From assembly GCA_038231435.1 (NCBI GenBank), contig JBBRLJ010000003.1:96001-160000 (forward strand): a DNA stretch of 64,000 nucleotides. The letters are read 5' to 3'. This document shows, in pieces, positions 17,097 to 27,680 of the stretch. The first letter of the stretch is position 1. Each line of letters begins with the position of its first letter. Below the pieces are notes generated by a model. It made no database searches, was not told the DNA's origin, and saw nothing but the letters and a program-made list of their open reading frames with translations. Source of the DNA: Planctomycetota bacterium. Lineage in GTDB: Bacteria > Planctomycetota > UBA11346. A program made the translations under genes and the position numbers.

Positions 17097-19754
17097 TCAG
17101 TGACGGAGCCGCTTGGTCTTTGCTGCCGCTCTGGCTCTGGACTGGGCAGCGCCCGAAGCGCGGCGCGGCCTCGCCAACGCCAGCACCGCCCGCGCGCCTG
17201 GACGCGCGGTGGCCTGCCAGGCGACGGTGTCGCCGCCATCGAGTCGCACTCCCGAGATGGCCAGCTGGCCCTCGCGCACATCTACGCTGAGCGCGTCGCG
17301 TGTCAGCGACACCACGCCCCAGCCGCTGGCGGTGGAGAAGAAGCAGCGGAACGGGGCCTTCCCCTTGGGCTTCAGCTTGGGCGCCAGGCTCAGCACGCCG
17401 TCGATGGGCGAATAGGCGAATCCGGACAGCGATGGCAGCAGCGCGTAGCTGGCCATGGCCCGGGCGTAGAAGCTGCCGCACTCGTACTCGTCGAAGGGGT
17501 TGCGCACCCGCCCGTCGTAACGGCCGCGCGCCGCCGCCACGATCTCGATGCCCTCGTCGACGAGGCCGGCAAGGATGCAGTGCGACGCGACCTGGTATTC
17601 GATCCCGGTCCACACCTCGTCCGAGTACGGGAACGGCAGCGTCGGCTTGCCGCCGCGCGGCCAGGTGCACAGCAGCAGGCCGGCTTCGGCACCCAGCGCG
17701 TAGCCCGGTCGCTGGCAATTGGCGTGCTCGCTGAGGTCGTGCTTGAAGTTGTGGCGGTGAATCGCGGCGAGCGTCGAGCGCACGTGTTTGCGCGAAAGCG
17801 GCGTCGCGATGCCGTAGAGCTCGGCCATCCACGCGCCGATCACGCCGTCGGCGAGACAGCCCTTGCCGTACTGGTATTTCGGCCCCTCGCGACGCAGCAG
17901 CGCCGCCACCTCGCCGCTGGCCTTGGATACCTGCTCGGCAAACGAGCGGTCCTTGAGATCGTCGTGCCGCACCTGGTGCATGAAGTATTCGCCGTTGAAC
18001 AGCTCCTTCTCCATCGCGCGCGCGCCAGCCGCCGCGAGCTGGCGGTAGGGCGCGGCCTCGGCCGGCTTGCCCAGCGCCTCGGCCATGTCCGCGAGCGCGG
18101 ACAGCGCGCCGATGTAGATGCTGGTGCACATGCCATCCGGGCCCCAGAACTCGATGTCGTAGGTGTTGTGGTGCGGCTCGATGACCAAGCCTCGGCGATC
18201 CGGATCCCAGGTGGAAATGCCGTAGTCCAGGCTGCGCTTGGCGAGTGGGTAGAGGCGCGCCAGCCACGCCAAGTCGCCGCAGATGCGCCAGTCGCGGAAC
18301 AACTTCATGATGCCGCCGAGCTGGCCGTCGGCCGCGGCGTGGTAGGTGTGCGGCGGTGGGCCGTCGGGCAGCGCGGAGCGGAACGTCACGTGGCCGCGCT
18401 CGTCCATCGAACGCTCGAGCTCCTGCTCGCGCAGCGTTCGCTCGAGCGCCGGGAACAGGTGCGGGATGGCCTGCGCGTAGTTCCAGACGTGCGTGCAGCT
18501 ACCGGTGCAGCAGCCCCACGAGGTGAAGCAGCCTTCCCAGCCCCAGAGATTGCCGTTCTTCTGGCGCAGGATGGTCGGCGATTTGATGATCGCCAGGTTC
18601 GCCGACACGGCATCGATCACTGGTGCGGGCAGCGTCGATGAGAACAGCGCGTCGCGGAATGCCTCGCTGCGCGCACGCAGGCTCGCGTAGTTCGCCACCA
18701 CGTGCATCGCGGCCTCGCGCGCATCGGCCCAGCGCCCGGCATAGAACGGGTGCCAGGCCGGCTTCGCCGGCGCGGGGCAGCAGCCGGTGGCAGGATCGCA
18801 ACCGGCGGGCGGCGGCGCGTTGTCGCAGCGCATGTTGCTGTTCGGCGCGTGCCAGCAGACGACGAATGGCACCACCACGTGCTTGCCCGGCTGGATGCGC
18901 AAGCGCACCAGCAGCGAACCGCCGTTGCGCCCTTCCGGATCGTTCCCGGTCGATCCCTGGTTCTCGACGAACGTGCCTGTCGAGCATTCGCGCCACAGCG
19001 CCGAGATCGCGTCGAACCATCCGCCTCTGAGCCACATGCCCTTGATCGCCGGCTCATGGCCGACCACCGCGAGTGCCGCGGAGCCGAAGGTGTCGACCGC
19101 CGGATCGTCGACGTTGCTGAAGGCCACGCCCATGCCAGGGATCGCGGCGGCGCGGCTCTTCGCCTGGCCGTTCCCGCTGCCTGGCATCAGGTGCGACAGG
19201 TGGAATGAGAGCTCGCAGCTGACCACGGACCGGCCGGGATTCTCGAGGCGGTACTCCATCAATGCGCAGGGAATGCCCGACGAGACGTCGTCGAGCGGAA
19301 TGAAGGGATTCCAGCCGGTGACCGAAACGCGCAGCGGCACCTGCGGGTCGCGCAACTCGACGGTGCCAAACGGATACGCGCCGGCGAAGCGTGCGCTCGC
19401 GAAGCGCGGTAGGCCCTCGTGCCCGCTCTTGCGCAGTCCCTGGCTGTACAGGCCCATGTTATAGATGCGCTCGGCGGGAAGCGGTCCCTCGACCAGGCGC
19501 GTGACGCCGGATGCCGCGGAATCCTTGCGGGCTGCTTTTTTACCAGCGCCAGCGCCCAGCACGCGCAACAGGGCGAACGCGGAATCGGTGGTGCCGTGTC
19601 CATCCGGCACCGCGCTCATGTTCGGGCTGTTGCGGATCGCGAAATCCTGCAGGCCGCCGAAGGCATTGAGACTGATCGAGCCGGCTCCGATGCCGCCCAT
19701 GGGCATCGCCAGCTGGGGCAGCAGACCGGAGTCGATGGGGCGGGGGAGCGTCAT
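17097..19754 (-). CDS. GH116 glycoside hydrolase (GBA2-like beta-glucosidase family)
   Basis: AMPMGGIGAGSI, WGWEGC...GSCTHVWNYAQ, AADGQLG, HNTYD, YSDEVWTGIEY, RYDGRVRNPFDEYECGSFYARAM; no signal peptide. Confidence 0.92.
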   Translation of the reverse strand: MTLPRPIDSGLLPQLAMPMGGIGAGSISLNAFGGLQDFAIRNSPNMSAVPDGHGTTDSAFALLRVLGAGAGKKAARKDSAASGVTRLVEGPLPAERIYNMGLYSQGLRKSGHEGLPRFASARFAGAYPFGTVELRDPQVPLRVSVTGWNPFIPLDDVSSGIPCALMEYRLENPGRSVVSCELSFHLSHLMPGSGNGQAKSRAAAIPGMGVAFSNVDDPAVDTFGSAALAVVGHEPAIKGMWLRGGWFDAISALWRECSTGTFVENQGSTGNDPEGRNGGSLLVRLRIQPGKHVVVPFVVCWHAPNSNMRCDNAPPPAGCDPATGCCPAPAKPAWHPFYAGRWADAREAAMHVVANYASLRARSEAFRDALFSSTLPAPVIDAVSANLAIIKSPTILRQKNGNLWGWEGCFTSWGCCTGSCTHVWNYAQAIPHLFPALERTLREQELERSMDERGHVTFRSALPDGPPPHTYHAAADGQLGGIMKLFRDWRICGDLAWLARLYPLAKRSLDYGISTWDPDRRGLVIEPHHNTYDIEFWGPDGMCTSIYIGALSALADMAEALGKPAEAAPYRQLAAAGARAMEKELFNGEYFMHQVRHDDLKDRSFAEQVSKASGEVAALLRREGPKYQYGKGCLADGVIGAWMAELYGIATPLSRKHVRSTLAAIHRHNFKHDLSEHANCQRPGYALGAEAGLLLCTWPRGGKPTLPFPYSDEVWTGIEYQVASHCILAGLVDEGIEIVAAARGRYDGRVRNPFDEYECGSFYARAMASYALLPSLSGFAYSPIDGVLSLAPKLKPKGKAPFRCFFSTASGWGVVSLTRDALSVDVREGQLAISGVRLDGGDTVAWQATARPGARAVLALARPRRASGAAQSRARAAAKTKRLRH

Positions 19755-19894
19755 GGGTCTCCGATCGGTGCGCGTGGAAGGCAGGTCCGTGTAATGACAC
19801 GTACGGCGTTACTAGCGGAGTTCAACCGACTGGATCCTTCGCCCTGCACGGAAACGGATAGGAAACGGCGCCCAGCCTGGGCCGCCGGCCACCG

Positions 19895-21040
<1,146 letters not shown>

Positions 21041-21189
21041 GGGATCCTTGCGGCTGTGGTGTGGCTTCTAACCGGGCTCACAGCGGAATCCACCGCCGCT
21101 GCGCCGTGCGCGTCAGTGGCTGTCCAGAATCGGGGCTGCCCTTGGACAATCCGGAGGTTGTCGGCAGTCTACCCGACCGGATGCCGCCG

Positions 21190-22152
21190 ATGCCCCGCTT
21201 GAGCCGTGTTCCAGCTGTTTTACCGCCGCTCTGCGCGATGCTGTTCGTCCTCATCGGCTGCTCTCCCTCAGGGGCCTCTGCGCACCAGCGGCCGGTGGCC
21301 GAGGTGCTCGCCCAGGGCAGCTCCGAACTCGCTCAATTCACCTTCGATCATCCGCGCTCGCTGTTCAGCGAGGTGATCGCGAGATCGGCAAAGGGCAGCC
21401 CCGAGTGGCAGCAGGCCACTTTCGGACTCGCGGTCTGCCTGCAGAACAATTCCCCGGTCGTGGCCGAGGCGATCACCGAGGCCAGCCGCTTGTACTCCGA
21501 GCTCATCGCGACCTCGCCCGAGTCGACTTTCGCTCCGCGCGCCACGCTCAACCTGGGTCGCATCGCCGAGCTGGTCGACTACTTCAAGGATCCGGTCGAC
21601 CTCGAGGCCGCGCGCGCGCGCTACTCCGAAGTGATGACGCGCTGGCCCGACCAGGACATCGCCAGCGAAGCGGCGCTGCGCCTGGCGAGCGCCTACGCCC
21701 AGGAAGATACGACAGAGGCGAACACCAAGGCGATCGCCACCCTCGAGACCTGGCTCGCGCAGCATCCCAAGGATCCCCTCGCCTCGGGCATGTACCAGTG
21801 GCTCGGCGACACCTACTACATGCGCGCTGCTGACGCCAAGCAGGCGGTGCGCTGCTATATCGCCGCCGACGACCTCGGCCTGCTGTGGCGCGGGCGCGAG
21901 GGCATCGTGTACTGGCGGATCGCGCAGATCGCCGAGCGCAAGCTCAAGGACCGCGATCTGGCGGTGCGCTACTACACCAAGCTGTGCGAGAAGGCCCAGA
22001 CCTCGGGCAAGGCCTTCGAGGCGCAGCTCGCGCTGTCCCGGCTCGGCGCTCCCGTGCCCGAGTTGACGGCGTTCGCCGCCTACAAGGGCCCTCGACCGCC
22101 GCTGATCGATCCGCCGCCGCCGCACCAATCGCAGGCCGAGGTCGGTAAATGA
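21190..22152 (+). CDS. TPR-repeat lipoprotein heading the ABC operon
   Basis: Lipobox LIGC; helical TPR-like repeats; ATGA overlap with the binding-protein gene. Start 21181 or 21190. Confidence 0.75.
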   Translation: MPRLSRVPAVLPPLCAMLFVLIGCSPSGASAHQRPVAEVLAQGSSELAQFTFDHPRSLFSEVIARSAKGSPEWQQATFGLAVCLQNNSPVVAEAITEASRLYSELIATSPESTFAPRATLNLGRIAELVDYFKDPVDLEAARARYSEVMTRWPDQDIASEAALRLASAYAQEDTTEANTKAIATLETWLAQHPKDPLASGMYQWLGDTYYMRAADAKQAVRCYIAADDLGLLWRGREGIVYWRIAQIAERKLKDRDLAVRYYTKLCEKAQTSGKAFEAQLALSRLGAPVPELTAFAAYKGPRPPLIDPPPPHQSQAEVGK

Positions 22153-23942
22153 GCGACCTGGAGCTCGGCGGCGGCAACAACCTGGATGAAGACGAGGACG
22201 GCAAGCCGGCCGTCGCCAACTTCACCAAGCGTCTGGCGAAACCGAAGCCACCGACGGCGACGCCGTCGCGAGGCTGGCGCCGCTTCGTCGGCCTGAATGC
22301 GATCGGCGTGCTGCTGCTGGTCGGCTCGGCGGGCTGGAGCGGCCTGCGCGTGCTCTCTATCCACAACGAGAACAACGATCCCAACGTCAAGACCATCCGC
22401 ATCTCGCACTGGCAGCTCGAGAGCGGCTACCGCGAGGCGATGCAGTCGGTGATCGACGACTACAACGCCATGCACGCCGCCGAGCACGTGCGCATCGTCC
22501 AGGTGCCAGTCACCGAGCGCATCTACGGCCAGTGGCTCAACGTGAACCTCATCGCCGACAACGCGCCCGATATCGCCGAGCTCGGCATGGCGCGCCTCGC
22601 GACCACTGGCGAATCGGTGGCGAAATACTTCATGCCGCTCGGCCGCGAAGTGCTCAAGCCGAATCCCTACGACGCCGAGAAGTACCTCGACGACCTCGAG
22701 GAGCGCAACCCCGACATCATCAAGCGCCTGACCACCGCGCCGTGGCGCGAGACCATGGTCGACGGCATGCGTGGAGGCTACAAGCAGGACCTGCAGGACT
22801 ACTATTCGGTGCCGATGGCGTTCTTCACCCAGCGCATGTTCTACAATCGCGACCTGCTGCGCGAGATCACCGGCACCGATCAGCCGCCTCAGAGCCTCGG
22901 CCAGCTGTTCGCGCTCGGCGAACGCATCCGCGCCTGGGGCACCGAGCATGGCCGCGTGATCGATCCGATCGCCGGCACCCGCTATCACCGCGACGTGTTC
23001 GTGTGGAACTACCGGGTCACCTTCACCAACGCCTACCAGACCGAGCTGGACACCGATGTGTCGGGCTCGATCACGCCGATCGAGGCCTGGGCCGGCTGGC
23101 AATCGGGCAAGATCTCGCTCAAGGACCCGGCCCTGCGCGCCTACTTCGAGGTGGTGCGCAAGATCTGCGAGATGTTCAACCCGAACTTCGCCGCAATGGA
23201 CCGTGACCAGGCGATCGCCGCCTTCGCCTCGGGCAAATCGGCGATGATGGCCACCGGCAGTTGGGACGGGCAGTCGATCTTCAATGGCTGCAAGTTCAGC
23301 GTCGGCGTCATGAACTTCCCCATGCCCGCGCCAGGCGAGCCGTATGCGGACTATGGAAAATACAGCATCAGCGAGGCGTCCTCGGCGGGCGGCAGCGGCT
23401 TCGGCATCACCCGCAACACCAAGTACCCCGAGATCTCGCTCGATTTCCTGCGCTTCATCTCCAGCCACAAATGGAACCAGAAGCTCAACCGCAAGAACGG
23501 CTGGCTGCCGATCGCGGTCGGGACCACGCCAGCTGAGCGCATGGTGCCGTTCATGCCGACCCCTTATGGAGTGATCTCCGACGCCGGCTTCGGCGAGGGC
23601 TACGAGGCCGAGACCAAGATCAGCGGCCAGATTGACCGTTTCTTCCTGGGTGAGATCACCTACGAGGACATGCGCGCGGGCGTCGACACGCTGATGGCCG
23701 ATCCGAAGATCGGCTTCGACCACATCTGGTTCAAGGCGTTCGAGAAGGAGCGCGACCAGTCGCGCAGCCTCGAGCGCACCATCGCGGTGCAGAGCGCGCG
23801 CCAGCTGATGGGCACCGGCGACGACGAGACCAGCGCCAAGCTCTTGGAGACCATCCTCGACCAGGCGATCGGCAATAACGGCAACAACCTCCGCCACCTC
23901 TACCAGGTCCAGAACGGCAAGCCGTTCCCGGAGGAGCAATGA
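22149..23942 (+). CDS. Sugar ABC transporter substrate-binding protein (membrane-anchored)
   Basis: N-terminal TM; IRISHWQLE, APDI, MFYNRDLL, FASGKSAMMATGSW are typical of carbohydrate-binding proteins. Confidence 0.88.
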   Translation: MSDLELGGGNNLDEDEDGKPAVANFTKRLAKPKPPTATPSRGWRRFVGLNAIGVLLLVGSAGWSGLRVLSIHNENNDPNVKTIRISHWQLESGYREAMQSVIDDYNAMHAAEHVRIVQVPVTERIYGQWLNVNLIADNAPDIAELGMARLATTGESVAKYFMPLGREVLKPNPYDAEKYLDDLEERNPDIIKRLTTAPWRETMVDGMRGGYKQDLQDYYSVPMAFFTQRMFYNRDLLREITGTDQPPQSLGQLFALGERIRAWGTEHGRVIDPIAGTRYHRDVFVWNYRVTFTNAYQTELDTDVSGSITPIEAWAGWQSGKISLKDPALRAYFEVVRKICEMFNPNFAAMDRDQAIAAFASGKSAMMATGSWDGQSIFNGCKFSVGVMNFPMPAPGEPYADYGKYSISEASSAGGSGFGITRNTKYPEISLDFLRFISSHKWNQKLNRKNGWLPIAVGTTPAERMVPFMPTPYGVISDAGFGEGYEAETKISGQIDRFFLGEITYEDMRAGVDTLMADPKIGFDHIWFKAFEKERDQSRSLERTIAVQSARQLMGTGDDETSAKLLETILDQAIGNNGNNLRHLYQVQNGKPFPEEQ

Positions 23943-25381
23943 ATCCGGACACGCCGACGCCAGCGCTCGAGCAGCTCGCAGGCCCCGGGCTGGGCACCGT
24001 CAAGCCAGGGCGCGTGAAGAAATACGGATCGCAGCTGCTGCAGCGCAGCCGGCTGTGGGCTTTCCTCTACCTGCTCATGGTCCCGACGGTGGTCGGAACG
24101 CTGCTGTTCACCTACTACCCGAACATGGAGGCGGTAAAGTACGCCTTCTACCGCTGGGACGGCTCGCAGATCGAGGAGTTCCGCGGCCTGCAGAATTTCC
24201 GCACGGCGTTCACGGCCGATCCCCTGTTCTGGAGCACGTTCAATCTCGTCTTCATCCTGCTGATCGCCAATCTGATCAAGATGTGGCCGAGCATCTTCGT
24301 GGCCATCGCCATCCATCGCCTGAAGAGCGAGCGCGCCCAGTTCATGTACCGCGTGCTGTTCGTCATCCCAATGGTGATCCCGGGCCTGGTCTGGCTGCTG
24401 ATCTGGAAGACCTTCTTCACCGAGGGCATGCTCAACCAGATCCTGTCGATGACCGGGATGATGTCGGTGCTGAACGTCCTCGACTCGCCCGAGCATGGAC
24501 TGCCAGCCTTGGCGGCGTTCACCGCCAAGACCGCGTACGCCTGGAATCCCGACCATCCCCTCCTCTCGGCCCTTGCCTCGCCGCTGCGTCTGGTACCGAT
24601 GGTGTTCGGCGGCTCATGGGGCCTTGCGCTGTTCGGCATCGCGCTGCTGATCGGCAACGGCGGCACCAAGACCTTCCAACGCCGTTGGCTCCTCTGGGCT
24701 CTGTTGGCCGGTGTCGGCTATTGGCTGTGGGGCCCCGTGCGCTTGCCGATCCTGGCCCTGCTGGCCATCGCCGTACCCGAGGCATGGCAGCGTCGCAACC
24801 ACATCGACAGCACTACCTACGTGCGCTGGCTCGGTATCGGCTGCGTCGCCGCGGCGTCGCTCATCATCCTGCTCACCGAGATCTGGACCGATCCCGTGAA
24901 CGGCTGGGAAGCCAAAGTCAGCCCCTTCGCCGATGGGCTGCCGCCATGGCTCGGCAACAGCAAGCTGGTGATCCCGGCGATCATCTTCTGGGGCTTCCCC
25001 TGGGTCGGCACCATCGGCGTGCTGATCTATCTGGCCGGCCTGCAGAACATCTCGCAAGAGGTCTACGAAGCCGCCGAGCTCGATGGCGTGGGCAGCTGGG
25101 GCAAGATCTTCCGTATCGAGCTGCCGCTGATCATGAGCCAGGTGCGCATCAACCTGATCTTCATGACCATCGGCACACTCACTGATTACGCGCTGCTGCT
25201 CATCCTGCTCGGCGCGAACGGCGGACCTGACAACCGCGGCATGGTGCCGGGCCTGTACATGTACAAGAAGGCGTTCCTCGACGGTGAGTTCGGCTACGCC
25301 TGCACGCTCGGCGTGATCATGTTCCTGATCGTGCTCGGGCTGACCTTCCTCTACCAGCGTTTCGTCAAAGTGGACAAATAA
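23939..25381 (+). CDS. Sugar ABC permease (MalF type) with a large hydrophobic insertion
   Basis: FRGLQNF, YRVLFVIPMVIP, YLAGLQNISQEVYEAAELDG (EAA motif), FGYACTLG. Confidence 0.9.
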   Translation: MNPDTPTPALEQLAGPGLGTVKPGRVKKYGSQLLQRSRLWAFLYLLMVPTVVGTLLFTYYPNMEAVKYAFYRWDGSQIEEFRGLQNFRTAFTADPLFWSTFNLVFILLIANLIKMWPSIFVAIAIHRLKSERAQFMYRVLFVIPMVIPGLVWLLIWKTFFTEGMLNQILSMTGMMSVLNVLDSPEHGLPALAAFTAKTAYAWNPDHPLLSALASPLRLVPMVFGGSWGLALFGIALLIGNGGTKTFQRRWLLWALLAGVGYWLWGPVRLPILALLAIAVPEAWQRRNHIDSTTYVRWLGIGCVAAASLIILLTEIWTDPVNGWEAKVSPFADGLPPWLGNSKLVIPAIIFWGFPWVGTIGVLIYLAGLQNISQEVYEAAELDGVGSWGKIFRIELPLIMSQVRINLIFMTIGTLTDYALLLILLGANGGPDNRGMVPGLYMYKKAFLDGEFGYACTLGVIMFLIVLGLTFLYQRFVKVDK

Positions 25382-25383
25382 CG

Positions 25384-26220
25384 ATGTCGCTGCGCGTCAA
25401 GACATCGCACGAGCTCGGCAAGCACGCCATCGTGCTGTTCACCCTGGTCTTCGCCTTCATCCCGTTGTACCTGATGCTGGTGATCAGCTTCAAGTCGAAC
25501 CAGCAGTTCTCCGTGAACCGCTGGATGTTCGATGCGCCCAGCACCTGGCACTGGGAGAACTGGTCCGCTGGATGGTACACCGTCCGTGATTCGATCGCCA
25601 ACTCGATGGTGACGTCCATCGGCGCGGTGCTGGGCTGCCTGGTGATCGCCATCCCCACCAGCTACGTGCTCGCGCGCTACCGTTTCCCTGGCCGCGAACT
25701 GGTCTACTACGGCTTGGTCATCACCATGTTCCTGCCGGGCGGCGCCGCTGCGCTGGTCACCACCTTCACGCTCATGGATCGCCTGCATCTGGTGAACAAC
25801 CTGATGGCGCTGGTGATCCTCGGGTCGGTGGGCGGTCAGGTGACATGCGTGTTCATCCTCCGCCAGTTCATCGAGGAGATCCCCAAGGAGCTCTTCGAGT
25901 CGGCGCAGATCGACGGCGCCGGACACGTGCGACAGATGTGGTCGATCGTGCTGCCGCTCTCGGGCCCGATCGTCGGCACCCTGGCGATCATGCAATTCAT
26001 CGGCAACTGGAACAACCTGATCATGCCGCTCTTGCTCCTGCGCGATTCGGAGCTCCTGACCGTGCCGGTGGCGCTGATGCGACTCGACGGCGAATACGTC
26101 AAGGAATACGGACAACTGATGGCCGGCTACGCGATCAGCTCGATCCCATTGATCGTGCTGTTCTTGTTCACCATGCGCATGTTCGTGAAGGGTCTGACCG
26201 CCGGAGCGGTCAAGGGCTGA
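25384..26220 (+). CDS. Sugar ABC permease (MalG type)
   Basis: IPKELFESAQIDGA (EAA motif), WNN, TVPVAL, FVKGLTAGAVKG. Confidence 0.95.
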   Translation: MSLRVKTSHELGKHAIVLFTLVFAFIPLYLMLVISFKSNQQFSVNRWMFDAPSTWHWENWSAGWYTVRDSIANSMVTSIGAVLGCLVIAIPTSYVLARYRFPGRELVYYGLVITMFLPGGAAALVTTFTLMDRLHLVNNLMALVILGSVGGQVTCVFILRQFIEEIPKELFESAQIDGAGHVRQMWSIVLPLSGPIVGTLAIMQFIGNWNNLIMPLLLLRDSELLTVPVALMRLDGEYVKEYGQLMAGYAISSIPLIVLFLFTMRMFVKGLTAGAVKG

Positions 26221-26262
26221 CATCGGTTCACGGGCCGCACCCCGACGACGCTCGCGGCGGCG

Positions 26263-27405
26263 CTAGGTCGAAGTCCGGCGCACCAGTTGGGTACCGAGCT
26301 TCACCTGGGTCGGCCCCGAGACGTCGCCGCCGATGCGGCGGTGCAGGAGCGACGCCGCCTTCCAGCCCTTCTGGTGGAAGGACTGACGGACGGTGGTGAG
26401 CGGCGGGTCGAGCTGTTCGGCGACCGACATGTCGTCGAAGCCGGTGACCACCACCTGGCGGCCCACCACCAATCCGCGTTCCGATGCCGCCCGGTAGAGT
26501 CCCCAGGCGATGTAGTCCTTCTGGCAGGCAACCGACCAGAAGGATTCGCCGCGCATCGAGAACAGCCGCTGCGCCACTTCGTAGCCCTGCTGCCAGGGGT
26601 TCTCTACGTGCCAATACGCGGGGTCGGCGGTATCCATCTCGTGCAACACGGTGCGGTCGTTCACCATCGCGCCGTAGCCGGCATCGAGCATGGCGAGCCT
26701 GTATCCATCATAGCGGTCCGAATCGGCGCGGTGCGAGCTGCGCATGCCGATGTACCATACCGGGCGGTGGTGCTGGAGGAGCAGATGCTGCACCGCATGG
26801 TACATGCCGACGCGATTGTCGATTTCGACCGACGGCACGTGCAGATCGAGCGATCGCCGCTCGACGCACACCGCCGAGAACCCGCGGCCCTGCAGGCTCG
26901 CGAGCAACTCGCGGTGCTCGGGTCCGGGATGTGGCAGCACGATGACGCCCGACACGCCGAGGGACTCGACGTGCTCGAGCATCTCGAACGGGCCTTCGTC
27001 GCCGTTTGCGGCGATGATCTGGTAGGCGAGATCGTGGGCGCGGCAATATTCCTGGATGCCGGCTTGGATGCCCCGCATGCCCTCGTCGGGCGCGACCGCG
27101 CACACCGCGGCCAAGGTGAGCTGGCCCTTGACCGGACCGCGACGGCGCACGGTCGGGGCCTCGGCGGCGGAGCCGTCGGCATGGTTCACGAGCAGGCCAC
27201 GGTGCGGGATGCGCCGCAGCAGCGAGCGTTCGACGAGCAGATCGAAACTGCGCCGCAAGGTCAGCCGCGCCACCGCATGCTTGGCGCACAGCTCCTGCTC
27301 GGCGGGAAGGAATTCACCCGGCCGCCAGCGACCCGCCGCGATGTCGACCGCCAGGGCGTCGGCGAGCCGGCTCGCCTTCGCGCGGTAGGGACCCCGCCTG
27401 TTCAC
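26263..27405 (-). CDS. GntR-HTH / LacI-type sensor hybrid regulator (AraR-like)
   Basis: GEFLPAEQELCAKHAVARLTLRR wHTH; IDNRVG, VTGFDD, PPLTTVRQ, LVRRTS sensor domain. Confidence 0.9.
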   Translation of the reverse strand: MNRRGPYRAKASRLADALAVDIAAGRWRPGEFLPAEQELCAKHAVARLTLRRSFDLLVERSLLRRIPHRGLLVNHADGSAAEAPTVRRRGPVKGQLTLAAVCAVAPDEGMRGIQAGIQEYCRAHDLAYQIIAANGDEGPFEMLEHVESLGVSGVIVLPHPGPEHRELLASLQGRGFSAVCVERRSLDLHVPSVEIDNRVGMYHAVQHLLLQHHRPVWYIGMRSSHRADSDRYDGYRLAMLDAGYGAMVNDRTVLHEMDTADPAYWHVENPWQQGYEVAQRLFSMRGESFWSVACQKDYIAWGLYRAASERGLVVGRQVVVTGFDDMSVAEQLDPPLTTVRQSFHQKGWKAASLLHRRIGGDVSGPTQVKLGTQLVRRTST

Positions 27406-27680
27406 CGCATCCCCATGCCAGCACGATACCCCGGAAAGCCTCCGGGAAGCATGTGAAAACGAATCACGATCTGTACTTGTGTCATTCTATTGTTCATAAT
27501 TCCTGCTGATCCTTCTGTCCCGGCGAGGCTTGCGCAGACTGCGATTATCAGGCCCTCCCCGCATCGAACGGTGCGATCGAAGCGTTCGTGACCTCACATC
27601 CGGAGCCAGCCGTGCCAGATACCCGCTCGATGCCCGCGTGCTCTTCCTGGCTCTCGTCCCGGCTCGCGACCAGGCTCACG

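Noticed and set aside
16929..17100. tRNA-His as the integration site of a glycan island
   Set aside because: No integrase in the window, no duplicated tRNA 3' end seen, and no obvious compositional shift after the terminator.
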